Assembly (NCBI GenBank): GCA_965224025.1
Contig: OZ245033.1
Span: 192,001-256,000 of the forward strand
Source of the DNA: Candidatus Multivorans sp.
GTDB lineage: Bacteria > Acidobacteriota > Thermoanaerobaculia > Multivoradales > Multivoraceae
Reading direction: 5' to 3'
DNA: 64,000 bases
A model generated the notes under the pieces. It was not told where the DNA came from. It ran no database searches and worked only from the letters and a program-made list of their open reading frames with translations. Shown here in pieces: positions 55,167-64,000 of the stretch (positions within the stretch are counted from its first letter, which is position 1; each line of letters opens with the position of its first letter). Both the position numbers and the translations under genes were made by a program.

Positions 55167-56704
55167 ATAACAATTCGTACACACAGCCGGGCACGAGCCA
55201 CCCGATCGACCCCAACGCCAGCCCGGACGATCCACTCGGAAACAACTTCCAATATTTTGACCTTGGCGCGCGCAAATTCTACAACTCCTTCTCATCGTTT
55301 GGAGGAGAGGGATTCTCAGAGCTTCCGCGGAAACAAGGTAACGCCTCGATGAGCCTGTTCCGTGGCAGTAACGAGATCAAGTTCGGCATCGACTACCAGG
55401 ACATCGAGTTGACGAGCTTCAATAGCATCGGCGAGAAATTCACTGGAAGAGGCTTCAACAACGCTCTACCCGGCGGCTTCGCGACGCCGCTCTTCAAGGA
55501 CATCTTCGTCCCGGCGGAGCCGCGCACGACCACCACACAGGTAGTCTCCGCTTACGCCCAGGACCGCCTCGATGTCGGCGACCGTTGGACCGTACATTTC
55601 GGCCTGCGTCTCGACAGCCAGACGGCCGACAACGACGGCGGTGAGGAAGCCGTCTCGTGGACCAGGGTCGCGCCCCGCTTCGGTGCGGTATACGACCTCA
55701 AGGGCGACGGCCGCCTGCTGCTCAAGGCCTCGGCCGGGCGCTACTACCAGACCTTCCCCCAAGTCCTGATCGAGACTGAGTTCGCCCGCGCGCCCACGGG
55801 CACCAATATCTTCGACCGATTCGGGTGGAATCCCGCGACCCAGCGCTACAACATCTTCCAGCGTCGTTCGAATACCGTTGGGGACAATGCGATCCAGGAG
55901 CTCGATCCCTACTTCAAGGACGAGGTCACGGTCGGTACGCAATGGCAGTTCTCGAACAACTGGGTGTTCGAGGCGCAGGCGATCTGGTGGCAGCTCGAGG
56001 ATCTCCTCTGGGCCTCCGACCAGTTCGACGCGGCCGGCGCGGTCTATCGCGACGTGCGCAACTGGGACGGGGGCTTCCGTGACTACGTCGGGCTGCGTCT
56101 CGAGATCAACCGCGCTTTTCGCGACGGCTGGACCCTGCGCACCAACTACACCCTGAGCAAGAACGAGGGCAACAACTTCGGCCGCAATGACAACAGCTTT
56201 ACCCTGGACGACGACCTCTTCGAGGGTCTGGGGGGGATCGAGGTCGGCACCGGCGCTAGCAACGCCACCTCGGTCAACCGCAATGGGCGCGGCTTTCTCG
56301 ATCGCACCCACAACCTGAACGTCGTCGCGCTCAAGCAGTTCACAGTTGGGGAGCAGACCTTCTCGATCGGGGGCCACCTGGCCTTCCGCAGCGGCGAGCC
56401 CTGGGGCCTGCGTCAATCGACCACCGTCGTGCACCCGCAGTCGGGCCAGAGGATCCGCACCACCGCTTATCGTGAGCCACGCGACGCCAACAAGCTGGAG
56501 GACACCATCGAGCTGAGCTTGACCGGCTCCTGGGACTTCCCGATCACAGGGCGCGTCCAGGGCCGCGTGGCGATCGAGGCTGTGAACCTCAACAACGAGC
56601 AGGAGCTGGTCGCCATCAACCGGGCGAACGGCCGGCCGATACCGGGCGTCACGGCCTACCAGATGCCGAGGGAGATCAGGGGGCAGATCGGCATCCAGTT
56701 CTAG
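55167..56704 (+). pseudogene. TonB-dependent receptor, 5' part lost at the ISL3 end
   Basis: Frame is open from the ISL3 boundary; AYAQD, APRFG..YD, C-terminal GIQF; no signal peptide or plug. Confidence 0.8.
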
Positions 56705-56741
56705 AAGGGCTCTGCTTACAGCGCCCCATAAACTTCACTCG

Positions 56742-58361
56742 ATGAAGCAAACGTCCGGCGTCGTAACTCGGCGCGATCTGCTCCGCAATCTCGGCCTGGT
56801 AGCCGGGACGGGCTTGTTGACCCCTGGTTGTAGCCGTCGTGATGCCGGTTCGCCCGGCGAGCGGCCCAACATCGTCATGATCATGTCCGACGACATGGGT
56901 TACTCCGACCTGGGCTGTTACGGAGGCGAAATCCGCACCCCGCACCTGAACCGGTTGGGTTTCGGTGGGATGCGCTTCACACGCTTCTACACAAACAACG
57001 TGTGCTCGCCGTCGCGAGCGTCCCTGATGACGGGGATTCAAAGCGACCTCTCGCTTGAATTGGGAGAAGGGCCGGGGCTGCAACAGGCGCACATCAGCCA
57101 CCATGCACCGACCCTTGCCGAGGCGCTCCGAGGCGCCGGTTACGGAACGTACATGAGCGGCAAATGGCATTTGGCCTCGGCCACGGACGATTTCGCGAAC
57201 CTTCCTTGTCAACGAGGCTTCGATCGATTCTATGGTGGCATTATCGGGGCCTACAGCTACTTTGCGCCGTACTCGTTGATGCGAGACAACCAAACTTGTC
57301 CCGAGGAGTACGAAGACCCCGCCTACTATTTCACTGACGCGATATCCGACAATGCCGTCGATTTCCTGGAAGAGGCAGATGACAAGGACGAACCCTTCTT
57401 TCTCTACGTGGCTTATAACGCCCCCCACTGGCCGCTTCATGCCCGCGAGAGCGACGTCGCGAAGTACAGGGGGAACTACGCGCTCGGCTGGGACGAGCTT
57501 CGCGATCAGCGACACGCCCGAATGAAGAAGTTGGGAGTCATCGATCCGGATTGGCAGCTCTCCCCAAGGAACCCTGACGTGCCGGCGTGGGAAGACGAGC
57601 CGCACAAAGATTGGCAGCAACGGCGCATGGAAGTCTATGCCGCCCAAGTCGAGGTCATGGACGAAGGGATCGGACGCATCCTCGCGGAGCTCGAGCGTCA
57701 GGGCAAGCTCGACAATACCCTGGTCTGCTTCCAGCACGACAATGGCGGCTGCCGCGTCGAATACACGACCGATCACCCACATGAGAAATTCCAGTTCGAG
57801 GGGACACGTGACGGCCGTCCGCTCCACGCCGGAAATGATCCGGGGATTCTGCCCGGGCCCGAAGACACGTTTCAGAGCTACGGCTACGGCTGGGCGAACG
57901 CGTCCAACACACCGTTTCGACTCTACAAATCGCACGACCACGAGGGCGGGATCTGTGTTCCGTTGATTGCTCACTGGCCAGGGGTCATCAAGCCCGGCGC
58001 GATCAACGAGCAAACAGCCCACGTCACGGACCTGATGCCGACGTTTCTTGACGTTGCCCGCGCGGAGCGTCCGCCTGCTGCTGGGGACGAGCCGCCCATG
58101 CCCATGGAGGGCCATACCCTGGGCCCCGTGTTGCGGGGGCGCAGACGCGAGCCGCCCGAGGCACTTTTCTGGCAAGGGAGCGCGAGCCGTAGCCGCGCCG
58201 TCCGCCAGGGCAAGTGGAAGCTCGTGGCGGTCGGTGGTCAGCCGTGGGAGCTCTACGATGTCGAGGCCGATGGGACGGAGCTGAGCGACCTCGCGCCCCA
58301 GATGAGCGGAAAAGTCGCGGAACTGGCAGCCCTGTGGGACGAGTGGGCTTCGCGTAGATGA
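56742..58361 (+). CDS. Arylsulfatase, Tat-exported
   Basis: TRRDLL, DDMGYSD, CSPSRASLMTG, GKWHL, HDNG. Confidence 0.93.
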   Translation: MKQTSGVVTRRDLLRNLGLVAGTGLLTPGCSRRDAGSPGERPNIVMIMSDDMGYSDLGCYGGEIRTPHLNRLGFGGMRFTRFYTNNVCSPSRASLMTGIQSDLSLELGEGPGLQQAHISHHAPTLAEALRGAGYGTYMSGKWHLASATDDFANLPCQRGFDRFYGGIIGAYSYFAPYSLMRDNQTCPEEYEDPAYYFTDAISDNAVDFLEEADDKDEPFFLYVAYNAPHWPLHARESDVAKYRGNYALGWDELRDQRHARMKKLGVIDPDWQLSPRNPDVPAWEDEPHKDWQQRRMEVYAAQVEVMDEGIGRILAELERQGKLDNTLVCFQHDNGGCRVEYTTDHPHEKFQFEGTRDGRPLHAGNDPGILPGPEDTFQSYGYGWANASNTPFRLYKSHDHEGGICVPLIAHWPGVIKPGAINEQTAHVTDLMPTFLDVARAERPPAAGDEPPMPMEGHTLGPVLRGRRREPPEALFWQGSASRSRAVRQGKWKLVAVGGQPWELYDVEADGTELSDLAPQMSGKVAELAALWDEWASRR

Positions 58362-59356
58362 TCGCCCCCCACCCCTTCGACGTACCGATCCATCTCTTCG
58401 GGGCTCTGCGATCACCGAAGCAGATGCTCGCCGACCAGGAGGAGGACGGCCATGCCTCGGTGCACGACGACCAAACGGCGAAGCAACTAGGCTTTCGTGC
58501 CGGCCCGATCGAAGGGCCGACCCACTTCAGCCAGTTCGAGCCGTTGCTTGCCGAGATCTGGGGCAAAGAGTGGTTCGAGAGCGGCTGCCTGAGCGCCCAC
58601 TACCGCAATATGGTGATTGAAGGGGAGGAGGTGCGGGCATTCGTGGAGCGGCCGACCGAAGGTGAGATCCAGGTCCGGATCCGAGCGGAGAAGGCCGATG
58701 GCACGGAGGTTCTGGTCGGTACCGCCTCGATCGGCAGCGATCCGCCACAGTCCGAGCTGGAGACCCGCCTCGCCAATCTTCGCCCACCTGGGCAGCTGGT
58801 GATCCTGCGTGATCTCGAGGTCGGCATGCGGGGGGCCGTGGTCGAAGAGGTGCGGATGGACTTCGACCAAAATATGGGTAAGTTGTACCCCTTCTCGCTC
58901 AACCAGAAGCTGGAGAAGATGACCGAGCGATCGCCCTGGTTCACCGAGGAGGGTGGCGGCGGCTCGCCCTGGGGTCGAGCGATCATTCCGCTCGAGATGG
59001 TCAGTGTGCTGCTCTGCTATAGCGGCGATCTTGCCTGCTTCCCCAGGCGCGGTCCGGCCGTCGGTCTCATTGCAGGCCAGCAGATCCGGATGATCAAAGG
59101 TCCGCTCTTCGTCAGCGAGGACTACTTCGTCGATCGCGAGATCATCGCGCTGAGCGAGAGTCGGCGAACCGAGTCGACCTGGACTCGGGTGTCTGTCCGT
59201 GAGCCGGGGTCGAAGGATCTGGTGGCCGAGATGATCGTCGGCGGAGCCACTCTCAAGGACTCGTACGCCAACTACCAGCAGGAGTTGGCGGCGTTGACTC
59301 GATAGTGGAGCCTGGGGCTGTCGCGCCCTTTGTGGGACGAGTGGGCTTCGCGTAGA
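58333..59356 (+). repeat. 26-bp direct repeats (58333-58358, 59331-59356) flanking one gene
   Basis: TGTGGGACGAGTGGGCTTCGCGTAGA is identical at both positions. Confidence 0.9.
58358..59305 (+). CDS. Hypothetical protein, probable double hot-dog (MaoC-like) fold
   Basis: SVHDD..AKQLGF..GPIEG, SPWGRAIIP, IRMIKGPL. Confidence 0.6.
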   Translation: MIAPHPFDVPIHLFGALRSPKQMLADQEEDGHASVHDDQTAKQLGFRAGPIEGPTHFSQFEPLLAEIWGKEWFESGCLSAHYRNMVIEGEEVRAFVERPTEGEIQVRIRAEKADGTEVLVGTASIGSDPPQSELETRLANLRPPGQLVILRDLEVGMRGAVVEEVRMDFDQNMGKLYPFSLNQKLEKMTERSPWFTEEGGGGSPWGRAIIPLEMVSVLLCYSGDLACFPRRGPAVGLIAGQQIRMIKGPLFVSEDYFVDREIIALSESRRTESTWTRVSVREPGSKDLVAEMIVGGATLKDSYANYQQELAALTR

Positions 59357-59358
59357 AA

Positions 59359-60567
59359 CTAGTAGTGCACGCCCTTGACGGGCCTCGGCACCGGGGTCGT
59401 GCGTGGGGCCTCGATACGACGGTGCATCTCTTCGTAGGACGCGCCGCCGCGTACCTTGTCGACCATCTCGTCGGGGTCGAAGTCGATGCCGGTGGGGTTG
59501 CGGGCGAAGTCGGCGCCTCTGATGTAGGCCAGCCCCTCCGCCTTGGTGGGGTAGTTGTCTACCTGCGTCTCGACCCTGTTGCCGTCGGGATCGGTGTAGT
59601 AGATCGAGGTGGTCATGCCGTGGTTGGTGCACCAGTAAGGTGGTTTGACGCCGCTCTCTTTCAGTCTGGCATAGGTATCGACGGCGAGTTCGTCCATGGT
59701 CTTGTACTCGAAGGCGAAGTGGTCGTAGCCCTGGTCTCCGGCGCCGCGCTCCAGCTTCCTGTCCTCGACGAGCAGGATGCGCAGAAGTCGGTGGTCGAAG
59801 CGCAGCAGGGCCAGACTCTCACTGCGCTCGGCAGCGTCACAGCCCAGCACCTGCACGTACCAGTCGACCATCGGCTCCAACTGCCTGGTGCGGATGACGG
59901 TGTGGACGAGTTCGGAGGGCGCGACGGTTTCCTTCTCCGCGGACGCCGCATCGCCTGGGGCAGGCAGACTGTGCAGATCGAAGTCGACTCCGGCGGCGGA
60001 TTCCTCCGAGCCTGCCGCCTCCCCCAGATAGGGCTCGAGATCTTCGATTCGATCGAAGCGGTCGAGGAGCATCTCGATCCGATTGCCGCTGGGGTCGGCA
60101 TAGAGGAGTGAAACGCTGTCGCCGTAGCGTCTGGCTGCGCGCGGCTCGATTCCCCCGAGTTTCAGAGCGTGATAGTTGGCGCCGAGCTCGGTGAGCGAGT
60201 CGTAGCTGAAGGTGAAGCGATCCCAACCGAGAAGGCCGGCTTCAGGCACAGGTCGACCGCCTCGCGCGAAGATCGAGATGCGGTGATGCTCGGTGTCGTA
60301 GGAGCACCAGGCGCCTCCACGAGCGCCTTGACGAGCGACGTGGTGGGGACGGCAACGAAGGAGGGTCTCGTAGAAGGTCAGTGCCTCGTTCAGGTCGGTG
60401 GTATTCACCGCCAGGTGGGCGAAGGCGGAGGGCGACACGATGTCAGCGCCTTTCGCCCCCCGCGCCGAGCCCACTCCCAGGCAAGCCCCGGCCGCCACCA
60501 TGGCTCCCTCCAGGAAGCGGCGCCGATCCATCGAGGGACCGGAGTGATCCGTTTGGGTGGCTCGCAT
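59359..60567 (-). CDS. Tat-exported tandem VOC (glyoxalase/extradiol dioxygenase-like) protein
   Basis: DRRRFL; HLAV/EHHRI/YADPSGNRIE and HTVIRT/DHFAF/NHGMTTSIYYTDPDGNRVE; start uncertain. Confidence 0.8.
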   Translation of the reverse strand: MRATQTDHSGPSMDRRRFLEGAMVAAGACLGVGSARGAKGADIVSPSAFAHLAVNTTDLNEALTFYETLLRCRPHHVARQGARGGAWCSYDTEHHRISIFARGGRPVPEAGLLGWDRFTFSYDSLTELGANYHALKLGGIEPRAARRYGDSVSLLYADPSGNRIEMLLDRFDRIEDLEPYLGEAAGSEESAAGVDFDLHSLPAPGDAASAEKETVAPSELVHTVIRTRQLEPMVDWYVQVLGCDAAERSESLALLRFDHRLLRILLVEDRKLERGAGDQGYDHFAFEYKTMDELAVDTYARLKESGVKPPYWCTNHGMTTSIYYTDPDGNRVETQVDNYPTKAEGLAYIRGADFARNPTGIDFDPDEMVDKVRGGASYEEMHRRIEAPRTTPVPRPVKGVHY

Positions 60568-60642
60568 TGTGGGCACCTCCTGCCGAGTTTTCACGAAATC
60601 ATTTGCTAGCTTGCCACATCGCTGCCCCAGACTCCAGTCGAC

Positions 60643-62088
60643 CTAAGGAGTGCTGGTCCACTCTGCTTCGGCGTACGGCGTCTTGGTTGGCGGTGTCTCG
60701 TCAGGCAGAGGATGCGTGGGGCTGCCCGGAGCGCCTCTCACCGGCCCAGGGGCTGCGTGTCTGCCGTGCGTTTCCGCTTTCGGAAGCGCCTCGAATGCAC
60801 TGACGAGCCGTTCCAGGATCTCCGGGTGGTCCGCCGCCAGATCGGTCGACTCGGTCGGGTCCTGGACGATGTTGAAGAGCTGCCGCTCGAATTCCTGAGT
60901 TTCCGGGTTCGGCATCTGGACCAGTTTCCACTCGCCATCCAGGTAGCCGAAGTAGTAGTCCTGTTCCGGAGGCCCGCGCCAGATCTGGATGAACGGCTTA
61001 TCGCTGAGTTCGGCTTCGCCGCGGACCGCGGGCCAGAGATTTCGACCATCCAGCGGCTTTGGCGACTCCGCCGAAATTCCTGTGGCGGCCAGCAGCGTCG
61101 GCAACACGTCTTCCACCGACGTGGCCCCGGCAATGGATGATCCGCCCGGCACTTCGGCCGGCCAGTGCATGAGGGCCGGAACGCGGATACCTCCCTCCCA
61201 CCCGGTGAATTTCTCACCCCGCAGCGGGCCGTTGTCCGCCCCGACACTCTCCAAACCTCCGTTGTCGCTCATGAAGAAGATGAGTGTGTTCTCAGAACGC
61301 CCGGCTTCGTCGAGTGCCGCCCGGAGCTCGCCGATCCCGGAGTCGACTTCCGTCACCATCGCCGCAAAGATCCTGCGATGCTCATCCTCGATCGCGGAGT
61401 ACGCATCGATCGCTTCTTGCGGCGCCTGCAGAGGCGAATGAGGCGCGTTGTAAGACAGGTAGAGGAACACCGGTCTCTCTGGATCGCTCTCGCCGATCAG
61501 GCGGACGGCCTCCCGGGTCTGTAGGTGCGTGGCGTAGCCCTCTTCCATCACGGTCGACCCGTTGCGCTGCCAATCGATCGCGCCCCAGACCGTGTGCTGG
61601 TAGTAGTTCATGAAGCCAACCAATCCGCCGTAGAAATGATCGAAGCCGCGGTTCTGCGGATAGTACGGCTTCTTGTTCGGTCCGAGGTGCCACTTGCCGA
61701 CCGCGAAGGTCTGGTAGCCGGCGTCCTGGAAGTACTCCGCCAGGAGCTTCTCGTCGAGCGGCAGTCCGGTATCGAACCAGGGCTCGAGCGCCCTCAGGAC
61801 TCCCGTGTTCAGTGGCGAGCGACCCGTCATCAGCGCGGCGCGCGTCGGAGAACAGATCGGGTGGACGTAGAAGCGATCGAACGTCACTCCCTCCCTTGCG
61901 AGCGCGTCAATCTGCGGCGTTCGGATCTCGCTTCCGTTGTAACCCACGTCCCCGAAACCAAGGTCATCCGTCACGATCACGACAACGTTGGGGGGTGCCA
62001 GCGCTTCTTCCTCGTCGGCAGCGCAGCCCCCCATTCCCACAACGGCTAGTGCGATCGCGAGGCTCAGATACCGTTCTGTTCGATTCAT
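60643..62088 (-). CDS. Arylsulfatase (ARSB-like), probable lipoprotein
   Basis: DDLGFGD, CSPTRAALMTG, GKWHLG, SDNGG. Confidence 0.93.
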   Translation of the reverse strand: MNRTERYLSLAIALAVVGMGGCAADEEEALAPPNVVVIVTDDLGFGDVGYNGSEIRTPQIDALAREGVTFDRFYVHPICSPTRAALMTGRSPLNTGVLRALEPWFDTGLPLDEKLLAEYFQDAGYQTFAVGKWHLGPNKKPYYPQNRGFDHFYGGLVGFMNYYQHTVWGAIDWQRNGSTVMEEGYATHLQTREAVRLIGESDPERPVFLYLSYNAPHSPLQAPQEAIDAYSAIEDEHRRIFAAMVTEVDSGIGELRAALDEAGRSENTLIFFMSDNGGLESVGADNGPLRGEKFTGWEGGIRVPALMHWPAEVPGGSSIAGATSVEDVLPTLLAATGISAESPKPLDGRNLWPAVRGEAELSDKPFIQIWRGPPEQDYYFGYLDGEWKLVQMPNPETQEFERQLFNIVQDPTESTDLAADHPEILERLVSAFEALPKAETHGRHAAPGPVRGAPGSPTHPLPDETPPTKTPYAEAEWTSTP

Positions 62089-63107
62089 GGTTGGTTGGAC
62101 ACGACAGGACTTGATCCTGGGGCATCGACGTCAACGCCGGTCATGAGCTTGAGGTTACGACCATTGCCCTCGTGACACGCGTACTCGTACAGGATGTGAT
62201 CCTCGGGAGCCCGCTTGAACGCGTCGAGCGCGATCGTCCAGGGTCGTGTAAACACTTTCGGATCTTCGATTGTGGCCTCGTAGTGGATCGTGTCGGCGTC
62301 CGTCAGCGTGAAGCGTTCCACTACGTGCAAGGCGTCGCTATGGAAGACGCCGTGACCCGTCGAGAGCGCGCTTGCAGGAGCGCCCTCCAAGGCTACCCCA
62401 CGCGCAACCACCCAGGTCTTCTCGGTGAAGTTCGTGACATCGACGACCAGCGTATCGCCTTCCCAGTGGCCACGCGAATCACCCAACCCCAGGCGTATCT
62501 CCGAGCTGACATGCGGAGGCCCGTCCAGGGGAATGTAACGGTACTCGTGGTTCGCCTCGTAGAGGATCACAACGTACCCAGGCACCTGCAGAATCTGATA
62601 CGTGTTGAACCCATACGGCAAGTTCGCGCGCGGTAGCCCGGCCGACAGACACTTCACTCGCGGATCGAGCTGCGCGAGCTTGTCCTGGTTGGCCATGATC
62701 TCTTCCCGTTTCGCCGCCGCCCACGGTTGCAACGGGATCTTCCCGTCCGGGGGATCCACGACCAGCGGCGTTTGATTGGGAGCGGCCCGCGGTGGAGTGT
62801 TTGGGTCTGGTTCGAGAAGACTCGCAGGGGGTTGCGAATCGATATTGGCACCTTCCTGACGCCACAGTTCGTCCACCGGCGTCTCCACGGGCCGGCGCTC
62901 GCCGGGAAGCCAGTGACCCCGCAGGTCCGGGTCGCCCCACGGTGTGCGTGGAGACGTATACGTCTCGTGTTGGGCACCTTTGCCGGAGGCTTCAGCGGCG
63001 GCAAGCGGCACTAGCGCCGCGAACGCCGCGGCGGTGAGGAGACCGGGCGGAGCGAAGGACCGACGGTTCACCTCGAACTCCTTGCCGGCGAGTTGTGTCC
63101 TCGGCAC
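62085..63107 (-). CDS. Conserved secreted hypothetical protein
   Basis: PRTPWGDPDL.G.W, GDSRGHWEGDTLVVD, LHVVERFT, DPKVFTRPW, EYACHEGN; start may be GTG 63071. Confidence 0.75.
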   Translation of the reverse strand: MPRTQLAGKEFEVNRRSFAPPGLLTAAAFAALVPLAAAEASGKGAQHETYTSPRTPWGDPDLRGHWLPGERRPVETPVDELWRQEGANIDSQPPASLLEPDPNTPPRAAPNQTPLVVDPPDGKIPLQPWAAAKREEIMANQDKLAQLDPRVKCLSAGLPRANLPYGFNTYQILQVPGYVVILYEANHEYRYIPLDGPPHVSSEIRLGLGDSRGHWEGDTLVVDVTNFTEKTWVVARGVALEGAPASALSTGHGVFHSDALHVVERFTLTDADTIHYEATIEDPKVFTRPWTIALDAFKRAPEDHILYEYACHEGNGRNLKLMTGVDVDAPGSSPVVSNQP

Positions 63108-63112
63108 GTCAC

Positions 63113-63857
63113 CTACTGACCCTCCAGCGATTGCAGGATGAAATCGACGCAGTCGTATTCCAGGAGCTGGAGTCCCTGTTCCACGCGCCGATACAGCGGC
63201 ATCCTCATCTTCCAGGGGCGCGTGAACACTTTCGGATCCTCGATGGTGACCTCGTAGTCGATGTGGTACGGGCTGGTGGGCGTGAAGCGTTCAACCACAT
63301 GCAAGGCATCGCTGTGGAAATTCCCGGCCGCGTCGAACCACGTCCGGTCGTTGAAATGGGTGGTGTCGACGACCAGGGTGTCTCCCTCCCAGTGGCCGCG
63401 GGAGTCGCCCATCCAGAAGTCATTCGGCAGCGGATGCGGGCTGCCATCCGTGTAGATGATCCGAACCGCGTGCGCGAACTCGTAGGTCATCACCACGTGG
63501 TCCGGCGTCTGAAGGATCTGAAAAGGGAACGGCATGTACGTGATACGGGACACCGGGCAGATAGCACTTGCGAACCGGGTCGGCCGTGAGCCGATTCTCG
63601 TAGTTCTCCTGTTTTCGCGCCTCCGCCCAGGGCTGATACGGGATGTCGTTGCCCTCCACCACGCTCAGACCGGCGGGAACGCCATCCTGCGCATTGTGGT
63701 GCTGAAGGTCCCACGCGGCCGTCGTGAGGACCTGCCAGATCCCGCTCAGGTCGGGTCTGCCGTCGCTCGTGCGCGGTCCTTCGTAGCCTGACGCCTGGGC
63801 CCACGCCGCATGAAGACCCAGGCACGCGGTGAGACCGTAGGCGAGCACGAAACGCAT
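63113..63857 (-). pseudogene. Paralogue of the adjacent secreted protein, frameshifted
   Basis: PRTSDGRPDLSGIW...CYLPGVP, then RITYMPFPFQI...GDSRGHWEGDTLVVD in a shifted frame near 63548. Confidence 0.8.
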
Positions 63858-63872
63858 CGTTCCCTCCCCACT

Positions 63873-64000
63873 CTAGGGCAGCCTGAGCGCGATCAATGCC
63901 GGCGTCTTTCCGCCGACGGTGAGTGCTAAGTATTGCCGGCCGTCCAGCATGTAGGTCATCGGCGTACCGACTGCGCCCCCCACGTCTCGAACTTCGTCAC
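63873..64000 (-). CDS. C-terminus of a PQQ-dependent dehydrogenase (partial)
   Basis: GTPMTYMLDGRQYLAL...LIALRLP*. Confidence 0.75.
   Translation of the reverse strand, partial: DEVRDVGGAVGTPMTYMLDGRQYLALTVGGKTPALIALRLP

Overview
High-GC bacterial chromosome segment. Oar-like TonB receptors, many sulfatases, DUF1080 and repeated Uma2 genes suggest an Acidobacteriota-type genome (inference). Housekeeping blocks (Mrp antiporter subunit, LysR-gltBD, hemB, S9 peptidase, probable 6S RNA) alternate with accessory DNA. (1) A 1.8-9.4 kb restriction-modification island: C5 methyltransferase, GHKL/MORC-ATPase-nuclease, Vsr and a type IIG/ISP-like RM enzyme. (2) A 20.5-35 kb rearrangement hotspot with IS3, IS21 remnants, IS110, five Uma2-family nuclease copies or remnants, two toxin-antitoxin pairs and a duplicated larA 3' end. 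(3) A 5.0-kb IS1595-family cargo transposon (48863-53881, perfect 27-bp TIRs) carrying a DNA methyltransferase-HNH fusion. Its coupled start codon is separated from the ORF by a (GCCAGCGC)7 tract, which looks like a mobile phase-variable ON/OFF switch and is the most striking candidate. (4) A sulfatase/PQQ/VOC catabolic cluster at the right end. Many genes look leaderless, and several carry frameshifts, stops or deletions (real decay or long-read error). No tRNA, rRNA or CRISPR array was seen. All product calls come from motif recognition by eye, not database searches.
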